NCBI GenBank assembly: GCA_016839445.1
Contig: JAEOUG010000061.1
Location: 1-17,881 of the forward strand
Length of the DNA stretch: 17,881 bases
From: Candidatus Thorarchaeota archaeon
GTDB lineage: Archaea > Asgardarchaeota > Thorarchaeia > Thorarchaeales > Thorarchaeaceae
Reading direction: 5' to 3'
The notes below the pieces were generated by a model. That model was not told the DNA's origin and did not search any database. It saw only the letters and a program-made list of their open reading frames with translations. Position 1 is the first letter of the stretch. Every line of letters starts with the position of its first letter. A program made the translations under genes and the position numbers. Of the stretch, positions 16,183 through 17,881 are shown piece after piece.

Positions 16183-16427
16183 GTGTATCTCACCGCTGTC
16201 TGGACACTTTGGACTGATTTTAAGGATTGCCGTGGACCAGCCGGTCTTCGACATTGTGCACCATAGTGGCCGAACAGAGGTGGTTCGCCTCTCTCAATGC
16301 AGTTCTTCCCTTCTGAGGGCATACGAGAAACCAACGTTTACGCAGCGTGCTTAACTAGCGTGAATCCGAGATGCCATTGAAATTTCAGATCGGTCCTGAG
16401 AGGGGTCCTGACATGACGCTCTAAGAG

Positions 16428-16710
16428 TGGGAAGCTTCCGAGCTAGATGGGTTCTTCAGGCAGCGTCCAAAGTACACATGTGTTGCTGAGTAGGTAAACG
16501 TAGCTCAATGAATAGCTAGCTAAATGACGTCCTAATCGTACACGCGGCGCAATCCGCGCCAATCGGAAGCTCTTGGAAGCTAGAGCACTCATACAGCAGC
16601 ATAAGTGGCGTTCCAGCGCGCTTCTATGGTTAATCTGTGCAGTTCTCTGAGCATGAACCGCACAAAACAGAGGTTGGGAAGCTTCCGATGGCAGAAAGTG
16701 CAGCTTCCGA
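16428..16710. repeat. Dispersed palindromic motif TGGGAAGCTTCCGA and partial copies
   Basis: Exact 14-mer at 16428-16441 and 16675-16688. Partial copies TCGGAAGCT 16563-16571, TGGAAGCT 16574-16581 and AGCTTCCGA 16702-16710. Confidence 0.7.
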
Positions 16711-16742
16711 AATGGCGCGTTTACGCGCTCCTACCGTATACC

Positions 16743-16749
16743 TTTATAT
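16743..16749 (+). promoter_or_regulatory. TATA box (TTTATAT) for the small basic protein gene
   Basis: Consensus TATA ~55 nt upstream of ATG 16803. SD GGAGG at 16788-16792. Confidence 0.6.
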
Positions 16750-16802
16750 CTGGGCAGACGTGTACATTTCATATCGGTCAGCCGCCGGGAGGGTTAGACA
16801 CG

Positions 16803-17072
16803 ATGATGATGTTCAGCAGAATGCTCAGACGACAGGGATTTTACAGAGTCAAAGGCCAAGAGGACCCTGTGTATATGAAACACGGAGTCGGCTTGGGCGG
16901 GATATACGTGCGGATTGGTCACAAGAAAGCGCTGATTCAGGTCCGAGATCTTGGCATTGAACAGGAGTTCACACGGGTCAAGAAGCTGGAGAACTTCATT
17001 TCTGGTCTTGAGGACCAGGCATACCGCGAGAAGTGCTTCATTGTGCACAAGATGCGTGGTCAAGGATCCTAA
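16803..17072 (+). CDS. Small basic hypothetical protein (~89 aa)
   Basis: TATA, SD and terminator bracket MMMFSRMLRRQGFYRVKGQEDPVYMKH...HKMRGQGS. 17 K/R versus 9 D/E. The ORF-track extension to 16605 crosses the promoter and is unlikely. Confidence 0.78.
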   Translation: MMMFSRMLRRQGFYRVKGQEDPVYMKHGVGLGGIYVRIGHKKALIQVRDLGIEQEFTRVKKLENFISGLEDQAYREKCFIVHKMRGQGS

Positions 17073-17098
17073 ACACGTCCACTCTCTCTCCTCATGAT

Positions 17099-17137
17099 GG
17101 AAGGCGCACGTCGCCTTCCTCACCCTCTTTCTACTTC
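17099..17137 (+). terminator. Hairpin plus pyrimidine tract
   Basis: GGAAGGCG-cacgt-CGCCTTCC followed by tcaccctctttctacttc. Confidence 0.62.
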
Positions 17138-17184
17138 GGGTATATGTTGAAATGGGCCCTTGGTTCACATAGAGAGGACCTTGG

Positions 17185-17881
17185 ATGGCTGATGTCGGAG
17201 AGCGTTTCCAGAAGGCAGTGGATGGTGCAGATTTCATTGCCACAGAGGAGATTCTGGATGACTGCTTCGCCGACGGAACGGTTCCTGTTGTTGTCGAGTC
17301 AATCAGAGAACGAGTCGAGAAGGGTGATTTCAGGCCTCTGCCTTATAGAGACCACGTCTTTCGCTACCTCTGTCTTGAGCGTGTCTATTTTGCCCTGCAA
17401 ATACCATCACATGAGCTATTGCACATGGTTCGGGGTGCGACCCAGAAGGGCGAAGCGGCTGGCGATGCCTTCGAACTGGTCTTGACTCTCGCAGAGATGA
17501 ACGATCCTTCCCTTGTGGTCAGGGAACTCGATGTAGACGCAATCCGTGAAACTGACTTTGCAGTTTTGCTGCCCTGGGTTCTTTCTCGCCGTTTGGAAGA
17601 GATTCAGAAGGTGAGGATTCAGTACTCACCAAGTGATCACCAAGAAGGGCGCATAAGATACTGCATTGCAGAGCTTTTGGACACCTACTACGGTCGCAAG
17701 ATAGTATGGGCCGCACGCGGATTGAAGGCATACAAGGACCCCTATGAGACCATTGTAGTAGGGCAGGACGTCTACAAGAGAGTAGAACTGGCGCTCCAGA
17801 GTCTGGATGTGAATCCGAAGTCCGTTCTGGAGGAGGTGTCAGATGATGACTGGTACCGATACATCACCAATCTCGCTCATC
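17185..17881 (+). CDS. Hypothetical protein, 3'-truncated by the window edge (absent from ORF track)
   Basis: Manual translation from ATG 17185 (GAGG upstream) gives MADVGERFQKAVDGADFIATEEILDDCF...DDDWYRYITNLAH, 232 codons with no stop. Confidence 0.8.
   Translation, partial: MADVGERFQKAVDGADFIATEEILDDCFADGTVPVVVESIRERVEKGDFRPLPYRDHVFRYLCLERVYFALQIPSHELLHMVRGATQKGEAAGDAFELVLTLAEMNDPSLVVRELDVDAIRETDFAVLLPWVLSRRLEEIQKVRIQYSPSDHQEGRIRYCIAELLDTYYGRKIVWAARGLKAYKDPYETIVVGQDVYKRVELALQSLDVNPKSVLEEVSDDDWYRYITNLAH

Noticed and set aside
16428-16710. CRISPR array
   Set aside because: Repeats are at most 14 nt, irregularly spaced and in both orientations, and there are no cas genes.
16230-16740. Canonical archaeal oriC
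   Set aside because: No ORB consensus with G-string, no clear AT-rich unwinding element and no adjacent orc1/cdc6 gene. Kept only as a weak alternative in the findings.
17092-17125. Eukaryote-like SECIS (ATGAT before a hairpin), and similarly GTGAA at 15577
   Set aside because: No 3' GA to form the tandem G-A quartet, no apical AA, and no in-frame UGA in neighbouring genes.
17033-17485. 150-aa ORF from the track
   Set aside because: It crosses a terminator and overlaps, in another frame, the better ORF starting at 17185.

Overview
Gene-dense archaeal window of ordinary chromosome, probably from an Asgard archaeon (Thorarchaeota-like). That assignment is inferred from a stand-alone gelsolin-domain gene, Ig-like glycosylated surface proteins, an EMC3/TMCO1 (DUF106) protein and TATA/BRE promoters. 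About 18 CDS in order: partial VIT1/CCC1 transporter, D-cysteine desulfhydrase-family enzyme, MoxR AAA+ ATPase and its large VWA partner, PNPOx-like split-barrel protein, single-domain gelsolin, Ig-repeat surface protein, DDAH, amidohydrolase, two tandem paralogous surface glycoproteins, SsnA-like amidohydrolase, three uncharacterised minus-strand genes (HEAT plus winged helix, basic-tailed, SHOCT-like), DUF106, a small basic protein and a partial hypothetical missing from the ORF track. I saw no tRNA, rRNA, CRISPR array or mobile element. Best leads: (i) the VWA protein starts with an isolated copy of the AAA+ lid/sensor-2 subdomain of its MoxR neighbour; (ii) a ProGel-like gelsolin; (iii) a ~500-bp ORF-poor region with a repeated GGAAGCTTCC palindrome; (iv) a candidate sRNA at ~15450-15543; (v) probable CTG start codons; (vi) an exactly centred bidirectional TATA element. 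All family calls come from motif recognition by eye; no database searches were run.
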